Assembly (NCBI GenBank): GCA_043826455.1
Contig: JBDRQD010000048.1
Coordinates: 128,001-192,000 of the forward strand
Source: Candidatus Bathyarchaeota archaeon
GTDB lineage: Archaea; Thermoproteota; Bathyarchaeia; TCS64
Length of the DNA: 64,000 nt
Direction: 5' to 3'
The translations under genes were made by a program, and so were the position numbers. Of the stretch, positions 17,553 to 26,549 are shown one piece after another. The notes beneath the pieces are model-generated. The model was given only the letters and a program-made list of their open reading frames with translations, had not been told where the DNA came from and searched no databases. How positions within the stretch are numbered: the first letter of the stretch is position 1; each line of letters begins with the position of its first letter.

Positions 17553-18737
17553 GTGGTTAAGATGCCTAACGTAAGTCCCTTTGATAAACCGACCATCCAG
17601 AGCAGGCTCTCCGTCCGCGGAACCAAGTGGCACAGAGACGCCCCGGACGTGATCCCCCTCTGGTTGGCGGACCCGGACTATCCCTTATGCCCTGAGCTTA
17701 AGGACGAGATGAGAAAGGTCATCGAGGAGGAGTACACGGTCTACGGCTCGGACCTGGAGGCCCGCCGCGCCATCTCGGAGAAGCTGAAGCGCTTCAACAA
17801 GCTGGACATCCCCAAGGAGCAGGTCATGATGAGCCAAGGGGTAACCCCCATCATGTGGCTGGCCATCCAGAACGCCTGCAAGCCGGGGGACGAGGTCATA
17901 GTGACCGACCCCATGTACTTCCCCTTCTTCACGGCCGTCAGCGTCACCAACACGCGGCCCGTGTACTGGAAGCTTGACCTGGAGGAGGGGTACAGCTTCG
18001 ACGTGGAGCGCCTCAAGGCGTGCATAACCCCAAAAACCAGGCTCATCTTCGTCTGCAACCCCCACAACCCCGCCGGCCGCGCCATGACCAAGGAGGAGCT
18101 GAAGGGCATCGCCGAGGTGGCGGTGGACAACAAGCTCTACATAATGGTGGACGAGCTGTGGGAGGACATCAGGTACGACGGCCACAAGCACTACAGCCTG
18201 GCCGCCGTAGACGACGAGGCCGCTGCCCAGACCATGACCAGCTGGGGCTTCAGCAAGACGTGGAGCGTCCCCGGATTCCAGGCCGGGTATATGGGCTGCA
18301 CCAACAAGGTGATGTTCGAGGGCCTCCAGAAGATGGCGAACGGGGTCCTCAGGGGCACCAACAACCTGAGCAAGGGCATAGCTTCCCTCATCTGCAGCGG
18401 TAAGATCGATTACTGGGTCAAGGACATGAACAAATACATGGCCGAGGTCCGGGACCTGGTCGCTAAGAGGCTCACCGGGATGGGGGACATCACAGTCCCC
18501 AGGCTGGACGCCACTTACCTCATGTTCCCACGGTTCAACTACGGGATAAGCAGCAACGAGCTGGAGAAGGTCCTGTTGAACGACGCCAAGGTGAGCCTGC
18601 ACAACGGCATAGCCTTCGGCCCCAGCGGCGACGGTCACATGAGGATACTGACGGCCACCAGCAAGGGCATAATGAACGAGGCCCTTGACAGGATCGAGGG
18701 TGTCATCCCCAAGCTGGAGAAGATGAAGAAGAAGTAG
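17553..18737 (+). CDS. PLP aminotransferase class I/II, MalY/PatB-like
   Basis: IPLWLADPDY, CNPHNPAGR, VDELW, SKTW. Confidence 0.88.
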   Translation: MVKMPNVSPFDKPTIQSRLSVRGTKWHRDAPDVIPLWLADPDYPLCPELKDEMRKVIEEEYTVYGSDLEARRAISEKLKRFNKLDIPKEQVMMSQGVTPIMWLAIQNACKPGDEVIVTDPMYFPFFTAVSVTNTRPVYWKLDLEEGYSFDVERLKACITPKTRLIFVCNPHNPAGRAMTKEELKGIAEVAVDNKLYIMVDELWEDIRYDGHKHYSLAAVDDEAAAQTMTSWGFSKTWSVPGFQAGYMGCTNKVMFEGLQKMANGVLRGTNNLSKGIASLICSGKIDYWVKDMNKYMAEVRDLVAKRLTGMGDITVPRLDATYLMFPRFNYGISSNELEKVLLNDAKVSLHNGIAFGPSGDGHMRILTATSKGIMNEALDRIEGVIPKLEKMKKK

Positions 18738-18755
18738 CTCTTCTCCACCCTTCCC

Positions 18756-20591
18756 TTATTTTGACACGGCTTCCTGCTTTAGAGGTTCCTCCGGCTCAGC
18801 CTCGGCAGCGTACTTGAACTGCATCTCGTACAGCTGCTTGTAGAGGCCTCCCAGCCGGATGAGCTCGTCGTGGGTGCCCTGCTCGGCTATCCTCCCCTGG
18901 TCCAGGACCACTATCTTGTCTGCGTTCCTGACGGTGCTGAGCCTATGCGCTATGATGATGCTGGTTCTGTTCCTGAGCACCTTCTCCAGGGCCTTCTGGA
19001 TGATGAGCTCCGTGTAGGCGTCTATGCTGCTGGTGGCCTCATCCATTATCAGTATCCTGGGGTCCGTCAGCAGCGCCCTTGCGAGGCTTATGAGCTGCCT
19101 CTGACCCACGCTGAGCCTACCGCCGCGCTCCCGGACGTCCGTGTCGTAGCCCTCCGGCAGCCTCATGATGAACTCATGAGCACCCACGGCGTCGGACACC
19201 TCCACGATCTCGTCGTCGGTGGCGTCCAGTCTGCCGTACCTGACGTTCTCCCGGATGCTGGCGCTGAACAGGAACGTGTCCTGGAGGACCACGGCCATCT
19301 GGCGGCGGAGAGACTTCACCTCCACGTCCCTGAGGTCTAGGCCGTCCACTGTGATCCTGCCCTCCGTTGGGTCGTAGAACCTGTAGAGGAGGTTGGTCAT
19401 GGTGGTTTTACCCACACCCGTGGGTCCGACCAGGGCTATTGTGGTGTTGGGCTCTATCACCAGGTCTATGTCCTGGAGCACCGGCTGCCCGGGCTCGTAC
19501 TCGAAGCTCATGTTCTCGTAGCTGACCCTGCCCACGATCCTGGGCATCTCCATGGCGTCGGGCTTGTCGAATATCATGGTTGGCGTGTCCATGATGCCGA
19601 ACACCCTTTCCGACGCGGCCAGGGCTGACTGGACGCTGTTCCAGAACATGCTCAGGTCTTGTATGGGCCAGAAGAACCTGCCCAGGTAGTTCATGAACCC
19701 GAAGAGGACGCCCACGCTGAGCTCACCCCTCATGACGGCCACGCCGCCGAACCAGAGGACCAGGAAGTTGCCCACTGAGGTGAACACGTTGACGGCGGGC
19801 CAGAAGGCTGACATGACCTGGCCGGCCTGGACGTTGGCCTCCATGTTGCTCCGGTTCACCTGCTGGAACTCCTCCCGCGTCTGGCCCTCCCTGCTGAAGC
19901 TCTGAATCTCCTTCATGCCGCTGACGCTCTCCTCCATCTTGGCGGAGACGCTGGCTATGGTCTTCCGGGTCTCCCTGTACACCTTGCGCACCCGCTTCCC
20001 CCAGAAGTAGAGAAACAGGAACATGACGGGGATGATGCTGAAGGTGATGAGGCTCAGCCTCCAGTTCATGTACAGCATTATGGCCACTATCCCCACCAGG
20101 GTGAACAGGTCGGTCACCACGTTAGCTATGCCGCTGCTCACCAGCTCAGTGATCTTCTCCACGTCGTTGGTGGCCCTGGAGACCACGCTGCCCACCTCCT
20201 GCTTGGCGTAGAAGCCCAGGCCCAGCTCCTGCAGGTGCCTGAACATGTCCATCCTGAGGTCGTACTCCAGCTTCGCCCCCAGCCACTCAATGAGGTACCG
20301 CTGGGCGTACTGGGACGCGAACACCATGGCGTACACGGCGATGAAGGCCCCTCCGATGAGCAGAAGCCCGTTCATGTCCAGCTTCTTGATGTACTCGTCG
20401 ATGGTCAGGCTCAGCATGTAGGGCGGCAGGAGGCTGACCACGGTGGACACGATTATGACGGCGAACAGCATGAGGCTCTTCCTGCGGTGCCGGGTTATGT
20501 AGCCCAGCATCCTGCGCATGAGAACCACGTCAGGCGTCGCCCTGTCGTAGTCGTCTTCCCCAGCCCAGTGCTCCATGTGGTGCATGCCCAT
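18756..20591 (-). CDS. ABC exporter half (TMD+NBD)
   Basis: GPTGVGKT, LSVGQRQ, MDEATSSID, IAHRLST. Confidence 0.93.
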   Translation of the reverse strand: MGMHHMEHWAGEDDYDRATPDVVLMRRMLGYITRHRRKSLMLFAVIIVSTVVSLLPPYMLSLTIDEYIKKLDMNGLLLIGGAFIAVYAMVFASQYAQRYLIEWLGAKLEYDLRMDMFRHLQELGLGFYAKQEVGSVVSRATNDVEKITELVSSGIANVVTDLFTLVGIVAIMLYMNWRLSLITFSIIPVMFLFLYFWGKRVRKVYRETRKTIASVSAKMEESVSGMKEIQSFSREGQTREEFQQVNRSNMEANVQAGQVMSAFWPAVNVFTSVGNFLVLWFGGVAVMRGELSVGVLFGFMNYLGRFFWPIQDLSMFWNSVQSALAASERVFGIMDTPTMIFDKPDAMEMPRIVGRVSYENMSFEYEPGQPVLQDIDLVIEPNTTIALVGPTGVGKTTMTNLLYRFYDPTEGRITVDGLDLRDVEVKSLRRQMAVVLQDTFLFSASIRENVRYGRLDATDDEIVEVSDAVGAHEFIMRLPEGYDTDVRERGGRLSVGQRQLISLARALLTDPRILIMDEATSSIDAYTELIIQKALEKVLRNRTSIIIAHRLSTVRNADKIVVLDQGRIAEQGTHDELIRLGGLYKQLYEMQFKYAAEAEPEEPLKQEAVSK

Positions 20592-22489
20592 TAGAAGGCA
20601 CCTCCCGTATCCGCTGCCACCTGAGTCTGGTACAGCTTGCGGTATATGCCGTCGTGCTTCATCAGCTCCTCGTGGGTGCCCTTCTCGGCTATGCCGCCGT
20701 CGTCCAGCACCAGTATGTAGTCGGCCTTCTTGATGCTGCTGAGGCGCTGGGTGATGATGAAGGTGGTCCTGTTCTCCAGCAGCTCGTCCAGAGCCAGCTG
20801 TATCTCGTACTCGGTCTGGGTGTCCACGCTGCTGGTGCTGTCGTCCAGAATCAGAATCTTGGGGTTCTTCAGCAGTGCCCTGGCAATGGCGACCCGCTGC
20901 TTCTGGCCGCCGCTGAGGGTCACGCCCCGTTCACCCACCTTGGTGTCGTAGCCGTCAGGCAGACCCGCTATGAACTCGTGTATCTTAGCCTGGGCCGCGG
21001 CCTCCTTCACCTTGTCCATGGTGGCGTCCTCCACCCCGTAACTTATGTTCTCCCTGAGCGTGGTGCTGAAGATGAAGGGGTCCTGGCGGACGATGCCTAT
21101 GTGTTTCCTGAGGCTCTTGATGGTCACGTCCCGGATGTCGGCGCCGTCCACCCTGATGGCGCCCCGGGTGACGTCGTAGAACCGGGGGATGAGGTTGATG
21201 AAGCTGCTCTTGCCGCTGCCCGTGGCCCCCAGTATGGCCACGGTCTGCCCCGGCTGGACGTCCAGGTCTATGCCCCTGAGCACCATGTTCTTGCCATCGT
21301 AGCTGAACCAGGCGTCCTCGAAGGTCACCCGGCCCTCCACCGTCTTCAGCTCCTGGGCCCCCTCCTTGTCGTGGACGTCCACCTTGGCGTCCATGATCTC
21401 GAAGACCCTCTCGGAGGCCGCGTTGGCCCTGACGAACATGGATGTGAGGAAGCCCAGCATCCTCACCGGCTGCATGAGGCGGGTCAGGTACAAGTAGAAG
21501 GCCACCAGGCTGCCTATGCTGAGGGCCCCGGCAATTACCTGGTTGCCGCCGTACCAGAGGACGGCCACTAGGCCGACGCTGGATATGAGGGTTGCCAGGG
21601 GCATGAAGAAGCTCCTGAGCTTGGCCATGATGATGTTGATGTCGAAGTATCTCTGGCACTCGACCGCGAACTTCTGCTCCTCGTAGCTCTCCCTGTTGAA
21701 GCCGCGGACCACCCGTATGCCCGTCAGGTTCTCCTGCAGCACCGAGGTTATGACCCCGAACTGGTCGCGGACCTGCCTCCACATGGGGCTGACGGTCCTG
21801 GAGTACTTGAGGGTGGCCGCGAAGATGAGGGGCACCACGATCATGGAGACTAGGGTGAGCTCCAGGTTGAGCGTCACCATGGAGTAGAAGACCATGGCAA
21901 GGAGCAGTACGGTGCTCATGCCCTGCCTCAGCCCCATGTCGAAGAACCGTTCCAGCATGTTGATGTCCCCGGTGGCCCTGGCCATGAGCTGCCCGGTGCG
22001 CTGCTGGTCGTAGAAGCTGAAGCTCTGGTCCAGGAGGCTGTTGTAGAGGGCGTTCCTCATGTCGAAGCTGGCCTTCTGAGCCACCACGGTGCTGATGTAC
22101 CTCTCAGCGTAGTTGATGAGCCCGTCCAGGGCGGCTATCACTATGAGGCTGAAGCTGAACACCAGAAGCATTCCGAAGTTTATCTGCATCCCCGTCAACC
22201 CCGTGAGCCACTTGGATAAGGGGAGAAGGACCACGTAGGCCAGGTCCTCCACGCCTCCGCCGACCCTCATCTCGGCGCCCGAGGCCAGGCTCTCCACCAT
22301 GTCCACTATGTCGCCTATGATGGCGGGGCTCAGGACACTTAGCACCGTGGTGAAGACTATGAGGACCATGATGGCCTTCAGCTCCCAGTAGGGGAGTATG
22401 TACCTCATCATGCGCCGGAAGATGGACCAGCTGAACTGGCCCAGGCCCCGCTCCTGCTGCCTCTGCATGGGCGTCACTCGTCCTCCCAT
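20591..22489 (-). CDS. ABC exporter half with degenerate site (heterodimer partner)
   Basis: GATGSGKS, LSGGQKQR, LDDSTS (D for catalytic E), ITQR (Q for switch H). Confidence 0.93.
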   Translation of the reverse strand: MGGRVTPMQRQQERGLGQFSWSIFRRMMRYILPYWELKAIMVLIVFTTVLSVLSPAIIGDIVDMVESLASGAEMRVGGGVEDLAYVVLLPLSKWLTGLTGMQINFGMLLVFSFSLIVIAALDGLINYAERYISTVVAQKASFDMRNALYNSLLDQSFSFYDQQRTGQLMARATGDINMLERFFDMGLRQGMSTVLLLAMVFYSMVTLNLELTLVSMIVVPLIFAATLKYSRTVSPMWRQVRDQFGVITSVLQENLTGIRVVRGFNRESYEEQKFAVECQRYFDINIIMAKLRSFFMPLATLISSVGLVAVLWYGGNQVIAGALSIGSLVAFYLYLTRLMQPVRMLGFLTSMFVRANAASERVFEIMDAKVDVHDKEGAQELKTVEGRVTFEDAWFSYDGKNMVLRGIDLDVQPGQTVAILGATGSGKSSFINLIPRFYDVTRGAIRVDGADIRDVTIKSLRKHIGIVRQDPFIFSTTLRENISYGVEDATMDKVKEAAAQAKIHEFIAGLPDGYDTKVGERGVTLSGGQKQRVAIARALLKNPKILILDDSTSSVDTQTEYEIQLALDELLENRTTFIITQRLSSIKKADYILVLDDGGIAEKGTHEELMKHDGIYRKLYQTQVAADTGGAF

Positions 22490-23076
22490 GAGGCCTCCAG
22501 GATCGCTGAGAGCCTCCTCACGGCGTCCATGTACTCGGGGTCCTTAAGGAGCTGTATGTGGTTGAGTATGTGGGCCACGTTTCTGGCCGCGAAGGGGCTG
22601 ATCTCGGCCTTTCCCTTCCTCTTGGTGAGGCGGTCCTCGTAGGCCTTCTTCTCCCGCATGTAGCAGGTTCTGAGGAGCCCCCTGACTTGAGCCCGCTTGC
22701 CATCCGGGACATCCACGTAGTCCTCCAGGCCCTGCATGAGCTTGTCCATGTACTCCTCCTGCCACGCCGAGAAGTCAGGGTCCTGGCTCAGGGCCTCCGT
22801 GAGGCTGTAGGCCACGTGGTAGCTGTGGCTAACGCTCCTATAGTAGGGCTGGACCATGTTGCGGACCTTGTCCTCCCGGCTGACCTCTATGAGGCCGGCC
22901 CCGAGCATGGTGTTCAGGTGGTGGATGATGCTGCTGTGGTTCTTGTTGAGGGCCTTGGCCAGGTCTGTGGCGGACATCTCCTGGTGCCTGAGGAGGTGCA
23001 GTATCTCCCGGCGGGTGGGGTCGGCCAGGAGCTTGGCCACCTCCGGGTCCTTTATGATGGTGGTTCCTCGGCTCAT
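22474..23076 (-). CDS. ArsR-type winged-helix transcriptional regulator
   Basis: KLLADPTRREILHLL...MSATDLA...HHLNTM..AGLI. Confidence 0.85.
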   Translation of the reverse strand: MSRGTTIIKDPEVAKLLADPTRREILHLLRHQEMSATDLAKALNKNHSSIIHHLNTMLGAGLIEVSREDKVRNMVQPYYRSVSHSYHVAYSLTEALSQDPDFSAWQEEYMDKLMQGLEDYVDVPDGKRAQVRGLLRTCYMREKKAYEDRLTKRKGKAEISPFAARNVAHILNHIQLLKDPEYMDAVRRLSAILEASWEDE

Positions 23077-23081
23077 TGTAT

Positions 23082-23101
23082 CGCTACAGTCACGTGTAGC
23101 G
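23082..23101. promoter_or_regulatory. Probable operator for the ArsR-type regulator
   Basis: CGCTACA-N6-TGTAGCG inverted repeat 5 nt upstream of the start codon. Confidence 0.55.
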
Positions 23102-23162
23102 GTCTAATATACTTTACTAAAAATCGGCGCTCTTGAAAGAGAATGTGTTAGTTGCCTGAGGA

Positions 23163-23486
23163 CTACTTTCTGTGGCACAGGTTCCGCATCTTCTTGCCTG
23201 CGCCCGTCATACCCCTGTAGACGCGGCCCACCACGGGCTTGCCGGTCTGCCTGGGCTTCTCCACCTTGAGGCCCGCCTCCTTGGCCTCCTTCAGGTACTC
23301 CCTGAGGGCCTCCACGTTCTCCTCGTGGCTCGTCCTTCTCCGGGGGTCGTAGGGAACACCCAGCTTCACGGCCTCTCCGGGTGAGACCTCCGCGGCCTTC
23401 AGCTCCTCGGCGCTGAACCCCTTGCCATCCCTGGCCCTGTCGCCGCTGGTGATAACAGGTTCAATCATGCGTACCACTGTGATCAC
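23163..23486 (-). CDS. rpl13e: 50S ribosomal protein eL13 (L13e)
   Basis: R.GKGFS.EELK......A..LGV..D.RRRT.HEENV..L. Confidence 0.88.
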   Translation of the reverse strand: MITVVRMIEPVITSGDRARDGKGFSAEELKAAEVSPGEAVKLGVPYDPRRRTSHEENVEALREYLKEAKEAGLKVEKPRQTGKPVVGRVYRGMTGAGKKMRNLCHRK

Positions 23487-23893
23487 CTGTAGCTCTTCTG
23501 CTTCCTGCGCCTGGCGCCGGGGCCGCCGAACTTCTTGGGCTCCTTCCGCCTAGGGTCGCCGGCCAGCATGGTCCTGTCGTACTCGATGTACCTGGACCTG
23601 AGGCGCTTGCTCCTAGTGAACTTGACTATGCCCTGGGCGATGCCCATCCTGGCGGCCTCGGCCTGGCCCAGGAATCCTCCGCCGTGGGTCTTGACGCTGA
23701 TGTCCACCTTGTCCCTGTAGTCGCCCGCCAGCATGAGGGGCTCCAGAAGCTTGGCCCTCGCCATGTAGGGCTCCACCAGGTGCACGGGCACGTTGTTGAT
23801 CCTCACCCTGCCCTTGCCCTCGGACACCACGACCCTGGCCTTGCTGGCCCTGCGCTTGCCGACGGCTAGAACAGATCTCTTCTTACTTGACAA
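23483..23893 (-). CDS. rps9: 30S ribosomal protein uS9
   Basis: [41 protein letters not shown]. Confidence 0.97.
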   Translation of the reverse strand: MSSKKRSVLAVGKRRASKARVVVSEGKGRVRINNVPVHLVEPYMARAKLLEPLMLAGDYRDKVDISVKTHGGGFLGQAEAARMGIAQGIVKFTRSKRLRSRYIEYDRTMLAGDPRRKEPKKFGGPGARRRKQKSYR

Positions 23894-23899
23894 TCATCA

Positions 23900-24325
23900 T
23901 CACTTCTTCCAGCCGATGGCTTCGGCGATCTCTCCTATGGTTACGAACCTGCGGCTCAGAGTGTCCGAGTGAACCTCCGGGATGCTCTGCTTCTCCACGG
24001 CGGCCAGCTCCTCGGGGACGCCTATGTGGACCCTGAGGCGCTTGAAGGCCTTCTGGCCCATGGGCTTCCTGTAGGGCAGCATGCCCCTTATGGTCTTCCT
24101 GACGATTCTGTGGGGCTGCCTGTAGTGGACGGGGCCCTTCTCGTGGCCGCCCAGGTTAAGGAACTCCAGCTCCTTGTCTACCACCATCTTGCGCTTCCCT
24201 GAGACGACGATCTTCTCAGCGTTGACTATCTCTATGGTCTCGCCTGCGAGAAGCCTCCTGGCGACCAGGCTGGCCATCCTACCCAGTATGAGGCCGTTCC
24301 CGTCGATGACTGTTCGCTCGGACAT
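23900..24325 (-). CDS. rpl13: 50S ribosomal protein uL13
   Basis: IDG..LILGRMAS.VA, NAEK, IRGMLPY. Confidence 0.96.
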   Translation of the reverse strand: MSERTVIDGNGLILGRMASLVARRLLAGETIEIVNAEKIVVSGKRKMVVDKELEFLNLGGHEKGPVHYRQPHRIVRKTIRGMLPYRKPMGQKAFKRLRVHIGVPEELAAVEKQSIPEVHSDTLSRRFVTIGEIAEAIGWKK

Positions 24326-24503
24326 TCTTGTTCAACCTTGCTGTGCGTGAGCCGCGTAATGCACCACCTTTGACAATGTTTCTGCGTATAAAGGTTTTCC
24401 AAAACCTGATGCGTCAAGGCTGGGGCGGATGGTCACACCCGGGTGAGACAACCCGCGGGTTACCCTTTTTAATCTTCAAGTCTCATGGACCAGCGAGCAC
24501 CCG

Positions 24504-25640
24504 ATGCACATCATGTACCGTGAGCTTGTGGAGGCCGGCGAGGCCGCCTACGTCAGGGGGGAATCCTTGGATGCTCTGAGGCAGGTGGACGTGGTGGTCT
24601 TCGACTGCGACGGGGTCCTCCTGGACGTGAGGGGGTCCTACATTAGGGCAGTGGCTCGTACGGTGAGCCTGCTGGTTGAGGCCTTCACAGGCTCAGCGGT
24701 CCCCGAGGCCATGGTTGACCCAGCCCTCAACTACGCGTACAAGCAGACGGGGGGCTTCAACAACGACTGGAGCCTGGCCTACGCCCTCACCATGAGGACA
24801 CTGGCCGAGGCCGGGGACGCCCTCACGGAGATCAACGGGGTAGCCGAAGCCGCCGCCGGCATTCAGGAACTCCCCGCCCGCCTGGAGTACATCCGCCGCC
24901 ACAGGCCCGAGGCCCACATACCCGTGGACGGCCTCTACCAGAAGCTCTACGGTTTCGCGGGGGAGCTAGACGACACAGGCCACCAGGCTGCTGACCGCCA
25001 CCTGGGGCACCTTGAGCCAGTCAAGAGGGCTTTAAACTACAGAGCGGGAGTGGGGGAGAGCCTGGTCTCCACCCTGTTCGAGGAGGTACTCCTCGGAAGC
25101 CGCCTCTTCCAAGAGGCCTTCGGTTTATCAGCTTCCTTAACCTCTTGTGACCGGGGCTTCGTGGAGGACACTGAGGTAGTAATCACTGAGTCTACCATCC
25201 GTGACCTAGAGGCTCTGCTGGGGGGCCGCCGCCTCGGGGTGGCCTCGGGGAGCATCCGGAGTACTGCTTACAACGTCCTTGGCCCCTTGGCTCACATGAT
25301 ACCCAGGGAGGCCCAGGTGTGGCACGACGACGTGGACGAGTTCGCAGGGGCCACGGGCCGCGGGGACCTCCACAAGCCTAACCCGTACCCACTGGTAGCC
25401 GCGTGCGAGCCCTACAGGCCGTACCTCTGCGTCCTATACGTGGGGGACACGGCCGCGGACCACCTCATGGCCAGGAGGGCCGGCGGGGTCTTCCTTTTCG
25501 CAGGGGTGTACGGCGTGGCCCACGGGGCTGAAGAGACTAAGCGGGGCTTCCTGGAGGCTGGATGCGACATCGTGGCGTCTAACGTCAACCAGTTACCGGG
25601 GATCATGAGACAAGCTCGGTTACTAGACCCAGGCGGCTAG
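24504..25640 (+). CDS. HAD-superfamily hydrolase with large cap
   Basis: FDCDGVLLD, GGFNNDW, KPNP, YVGDT..D. Confidence 0.85.
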   Translation: MHIMYRELVEAGEAAYVRGESLDALRQVDVVVFDCDGVLLDVRGSYIRAVARTVSLLVEAFTGSAVPEAMVDPALNYAYKQTGGFNNDWSLAYALTMRTLAEAGDALTEINGVAEAAAGIQELPARLEYIRRHRPEAHIPVDGLYQKLYGFAGELDDTGHQAADRHLGHLEPVKRALNYRAGVGESLVSTLFEEVLLGSRLFQEAFGLSASLTSCDRGFVEDTEVVITESTIRDLEALLGGRRLGVASGSIRSTAYNVLGPLAHMIPREAQVWHDDVDEFAGATGRGDLHKPNPYPLVAACEPYRPYLCVLYVGDTAADHLMARRAGGVFLFAGVYGVAHGAEETKRGFLEAGCDIVASNVNQLPGIMRQARLLDPGG

Positions 25641-26549
25641 GCCGTGCATCATGTTGGCCATGTCGCCGCCCGCCCTCAGCCTGAGCACCTGTACGGATGC
25701 GGGCTCACCTGTACATGGCTGCTCTTCATCTCCCAGATTTATCACCAGGGTTCGCACACCTGAGTGTCCCAGGGTGTCGAGGAGCCCAGCGGCTTCATGG
25801 TCCAGTTTGTCTGTGATCACCACCAGCCTCTCAGGGTTAGCGAGAGCAGCCGTCTTTAGGGCTCTCCTTATGTCAGCCTCCTGTCCCCTTGGCGGAGCTG
25901 GGCTCCCTGATTCTCCGTACCTGATGAGGGACGAGTTCACGTACATGCTCCGCAGAGCCTCCGCCAGGAACCCAGCCACCTGGCTCTTCTGGTAGCTCTC
26001 CCACAGGCTCCAGGGCTCCCCCATGGCTGGTCGTCCGTTTAGAAGCAGCACCGTGCGGTCCCGCCTGCCGTCATCGGCTCGCATGGGTCCCCTGCCCTCA
26101 TTCGTGGAGCTGGATGAGTATGGTTTAAAATCCCTCCAGGTTGGCCGGCGGCGCCTCCTGTCAATCTTCATGTAAGACCTCAGAAGCTCCGTGAACTCGT
26201 GGGGCCGGTTCTCCTTCAACAGCCTCAGTATGAGCCGCTCCTCGTCGTAGACCGTGACGGGGTGCATGGAGGACCTGCGTACCGCCGTGGGCTTCGTCTC
26301 CGCTCCATCCCCCAGGAGCGCCACGTAGAACCCTCCGCCGCCGTCCACCTCCAGGAGCCGCGGCCTCTCAGCCTCCCCCAGGGTGAGCCTCCCCTCAGCG
26401 ATGTACTCCTCCACCTGAGCCTTGAGATCCCTCTTCTCCACGTATATGCGGGCTGTGGGCTTGCCGTCCAGGTAGGCGGCTGCCCCTCCAACGGCCCTGA
26501 AGGCCAGGGACACCTTGGGTCTCCACTCGCCTTCGCTGGCCCCGCTCAT
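25623..26549 (-). CDS. Hypothetical protein with degenerate vWA-like C-terminal domain
   Basis: ATGA overlap with the upstream AAA gene; TVLLLNG, LVVITD, VINLG strands resemble vWA, but no intact MIDAS DxSxS. Confidence 0.5.
   Translation of the reverse strand: MSGASEGEWRPKVSLAFRAVGGAAAYLDGKPTARIYVEKRDLKAQVEEYIAEGRLTLGEAERPRLLEVDGGGGFYVALLGDGAETKPTAVRRSSMHPVTVYDEERLILRLLKENRPHEFTELLRSYMKIDRRRRRPTWRDFKPYSSSSTNEGRGPMRADDGRRDRTVLLLNGRPAMGEPWSLWESYQKSQVAGFLAEALRSMYVNSSLIRYGESGSPAPPRGQEADIRRALKTAALANPERLVVITDKLDHEAAGLLDTLGHSGVRTLVINLGDEEQPCTGEPASVQVLRLRAGGDMANMMHGLAAWV

Noticed and set aside
14990..21782. Long alternative-frame and antisense ORFs (e.g. 14990-15871, 17685-18638, 20654-21571)
   Set aside because: Shadow ORFs expected from high GC3 codon bias over well-supported genes; no recognisable motifs.
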